From Gammaproteobacteria bacterium (GTDB taxonomy: Bacteria; Pseudomonadota; Gammaproteobacteria; Steroidobacterales; GCA-2729495), in NCBI GenBank assembly GCA_030066665.1, contig JASJBD010000003.1:3565-67564 (forward strand): a stretch of 64,000 bases of DNA, written 5' to 3'. Positions 62,065 through 64,000 of this stretch are shown here, piece after piece; positions within the stretch are counted from its first letter, which is position 1; the number at the start of each line of letters is the position of its first letter. The position numbers and the translations under genes are program-made. The notes beneath the pieces were generated by a model. That model did no database searches. It saw only the letters and a list, made by a program, of their open reading frames with translations, and had not been told where the DNA came from.

Positions 62065-64000
62065 TACCGACGATAAGACAACAAGAGTTCCTCTATGTCC
62101 TCGTTGCCATAGTCCCTGGCCGTGTCGAGGGCCGAATCGCCGTATCTGTTCCGGGCACGAATATCGGCACCGCGATCGAGCAGAACCTTCGTTGCCGTCA
62201 GGCTTCCGTACTGCGCCGCGCAGATAAGCGGTGTTGCGTCTGAAATGTAGCGCTTGTTTACATCTGCGCCCCGGTCGATCAGGAGGTTCAGATAATCCGC
62301 GCTCGCTTCCAGCGTGGCGTCCTGACAAAACGGAGCGGCCTCCGCAAGATCGAGTCCATTCTCGAGGAGAACATCAAGGATACTCTCCATCTCGCCAGGA
62401 TCAGCCTTTCTGAACAGGGTATTGGCGAAGAACACAATCCCGTTCCCGGGACTGATATCGATGCCGTGCTCAAACAGCAACTCGATGATTTCCGCGCTGG
62501 GGTTACTGAGTATCTCCCCAAACGCCGACGTCGAGGGTGGATTGCCGTCTCGCCAGACATAGTTCACGTCAACGCCAGCCTCGAGGAGCATCCGGGCGAT
62601 CTCGTAGTTCCCATGATCTATGGCGCTGTGCAAAGCCCGGCCGACGTCGCCGCCGGTGTCGGCATCCCGCGTTACCAGTTCGCTGACAAAGTCGGTCAGA
62701 TTGAGTTCTGCCGCGAGCGTCAAAGGTGTCCGTCCAAGGTGATCCCGCGCGCTGGGATCCGCTCCATCGTCGAGTGCGGCCCGGAAAAGCCCGAGTTCTT
62801 TTTCCACGATGATCTCGATCAGCTCCGGAATCGGTTCGAGGTCGCCCCACTCCTGGATCATCAGGGTCAGGATGGGGTCGTCGTTCGACGTCGTGTACGC
62901 GGGCACGGCGGCCAGCTTCGTGCCGAACAGAGGGTGCGCCAATCGGGGCGACTCGGTGCCGAGGATTTCGTTGCGCAGTTCGACGATCGCGAGGAACTCA
63001 AACGGCGCCAGCCGGAAGTAAGGCAGGATCACGCCCCGCATATCGAGGAAATAGTTCCCCGAGTCATACAGTGCGGCCGCGAACATCGCGTTGTCGGCCC
63101 CTGCTTCAATCATCCGGCCATACGGGTGACCGGCGAGCGACTCGTCAACGTCGGTCGGCCACGCATTGTCGCGTATCAGATGCGCGACAACCCGGACGAG
63201 ATCCGGGTAGTGGTTCTCGTACAGATAGTTGTCGATACGATATTGGTTGTACTCGTGGAGATAGGCAGAGGCGTACGCTTTCGCTTTCTCGTCCTGGCCC
63301 GTGATCACAGCCAGCGACATCATCTTGCCGTAGATCTCAACGTCACCCACTTTGTGTTGGCTCATCTGCGAAGCCAACCAATGCGCCTCCAGTCCGTCGA
63401 ATATCGACTGCCATACTGACTCGTCGCCCTGCAGGATCCTGAGTGCATTCAGGTCGGCACTCATGCTCACGTAGAAATCTGTATCGGACTGTGCCAAATA
63501 GAAGCTGTGCTCGGGGTCCGAGGAGCTGTTCGTTGCGCTGACCGTTTCGATCACGTCTTCCCGCAGTCCGTCTATTCGGTCGGAAAAATCGAAGTCACTG
63601 TGTCTCTGCTCGAGCTCCAAGATGTAGCCATCGATTGAAACTCGCGACGTGCTCACCCCTTTGCCCTGCACGATCGTAAGCCAACGATTTAGCTCCGCCT
63701 CGGCCTCGGTAGGCGGATTATCCAGGTGCCAGTCCGAAAGCAGCTGGTTGAAAGCGCTGTCGAACGTCAGGTCGTAGTTCTGCTGAAGGTACAGCAAGAC
63801 ACGCGCGATCCTGCCGCGGTGAAGGGCAGCCGGCATAAAGACCCTTCGTTCCTCGTCGATCGCGATAGCACAGATTCTGGATGTCGCATTTTCAACCGCG
63901 CCCAGCTGAAGGTTCGCCAACGAATCGGCAACGTCCTGCCGCATCGGAACCCACAGCTGCAGATCGCGAAATGCATCGTCGAGCGTCTCACTGCAGTCGC
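62064..64000 (-). CDS. Endonuclease-I-like domain / central unknown region / C-terminal ankyrin-repeat protein (5' end outside the window)
   Basis: The frame stays open upstream of Met 63944 to the window edge (DCSETLDDAFRDLQLWVP-M...). Residues RGRIARVLLYLQQNYDLTF...LLSDWHLDNPPTEAEAELNRWLTIVQGKG align with the C-terminal half of EndA/Vvn endonuclease I. The C-terminal 240 aa contain at least 5 ankyrin-like repeats (GRTPLTLAAELN, ALHSAIDHGNYEIARMLLEAGVDVN, TPLICAAQYGSLTATKVLLDRGADI, GDSALDTARDYGNEDIEELL). Confidence 0.7.
   Translation of the reverse strand, partial: DCSETLDDAFRDLQLWVPMRQDVADSLANLQLGAVENATSRICAIAIDEERRVFMPAALHRGRIARVLLYLQQNYDLTFDSAFNQLLSDWHLDNPPTEAEAELNRWLTIVQGKGVSTSRVSIDGYILELEQRHSDFDFSDRIDGLREDVIETVSATNSSSDPEHSFYLAQSDTDFYVSMSADLNALRILQGDESVWQSIFDGLEAHWLASQMSQHKVGDVEIYGKMMSLAVITGQDEKAKAYASAYLHEYNQYRIDNYLYENHYPDLVRVVAHLIRDNAWPTDVDESLAGHPYGRMIEAGADNAMFAAALYDSGNYFLDMRGVILPYFRLAPFEFLAIVELRNEILGTESPRLAHPLFGTKLAAVPAYTTSNDDPILTLMIQEWGDLEPIPELIEIIVEKELGLFRAALDDGADPSARDHLGRTPLTLAAELNLTDFVSELVTRDADTGGDVGRALHSAIDHGNYEIARMLLEAGVDVNYVWRDGNPPSTSAFGEILSNPSAEIIELLFEHGIDISPGNGIVFFANTLFRKADPGEMESILDVLLENGLDLAEAAPFCQDATLEASADYLNLLIDRGADVNKRYISDATPLICAAQYGSLTATKVLLDRGADIRARNRYGDSALDTARDYGNEDIEELLLSYRR

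Noticed and set aside
62466-63419. 317-aa plus-strand ORF opposite the ankyrin gene
   Set aside because: The product is Arg/Val/Asp-rich with no motifs. The minus-strand frame encodes recognisable ankyrin repeats and an endonuclease-I-like segment.

Overview
High-GC chromosomal segment, almost certainly gammaproteobacterial. The gene order pyrE-dut-coaBC-radC-rpmB-rpmG-mutM-coaD-rsmD-ftsY-ftsE-ftsX-rpoH mirrors two E. coli synteny blocks, here joined and interrupted by extra genes (DUF4124-like, fatty-acid desaturase, ggt). About 60 protein genes and one tRNA-Gly(CCC) are supported. Most are housekeeping or envelope functions: mutY, asmA, katG, an RND efflux pair, trmB, ampG, xthA, gltBD, an NAD-type isocitrate dehydrogenase, and a response-regulator-GGDEF-EAL / PAS-kinase / response-regulator cluster. 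I found no transposase, integrase, phage gene, CRISPR array, rRNA, or recognisable toxin-antitoxin or defence system. Genes are tightly packed, with several convergent pairs touching or overlapping at their stop codons and few canonical intrinsic terminators. Two visibly AT-richer accessory patches exist: about 7.4-12 kb next to the tRNA, and 59-64 kb at the right edge. I did not find a convincing complete novel multi-gene system. The best second-look items are: (1) the tRNA-Gly promoter plus the first 17 nt of the tRNA are duplicated 1,040 bp away and fused to the start codon of an SDR gene; (2) a four-gene co-directional accessory cluster at 59-64 kb, led by an endonuclease-I-like/ankyrin fusion protein with apparently degenerate nuclease motifs; (3) nested inverted repeats with a terminator-like hairpin in the rsmD/ftsY divergent spacer; (4) a coding-like small ORF cut off from its ATG by a 1-nt frame break in a G4 run; (5) a sigma-E-type promoter overlapped by a perfect 10-bp inverted repeat upstream of rpoH. 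All family calls rest on motif recognition and memory only, because no BLAST or HMM search could be run. Many starts were moved inward from the ORF-track coordinates to the first plausible Met.
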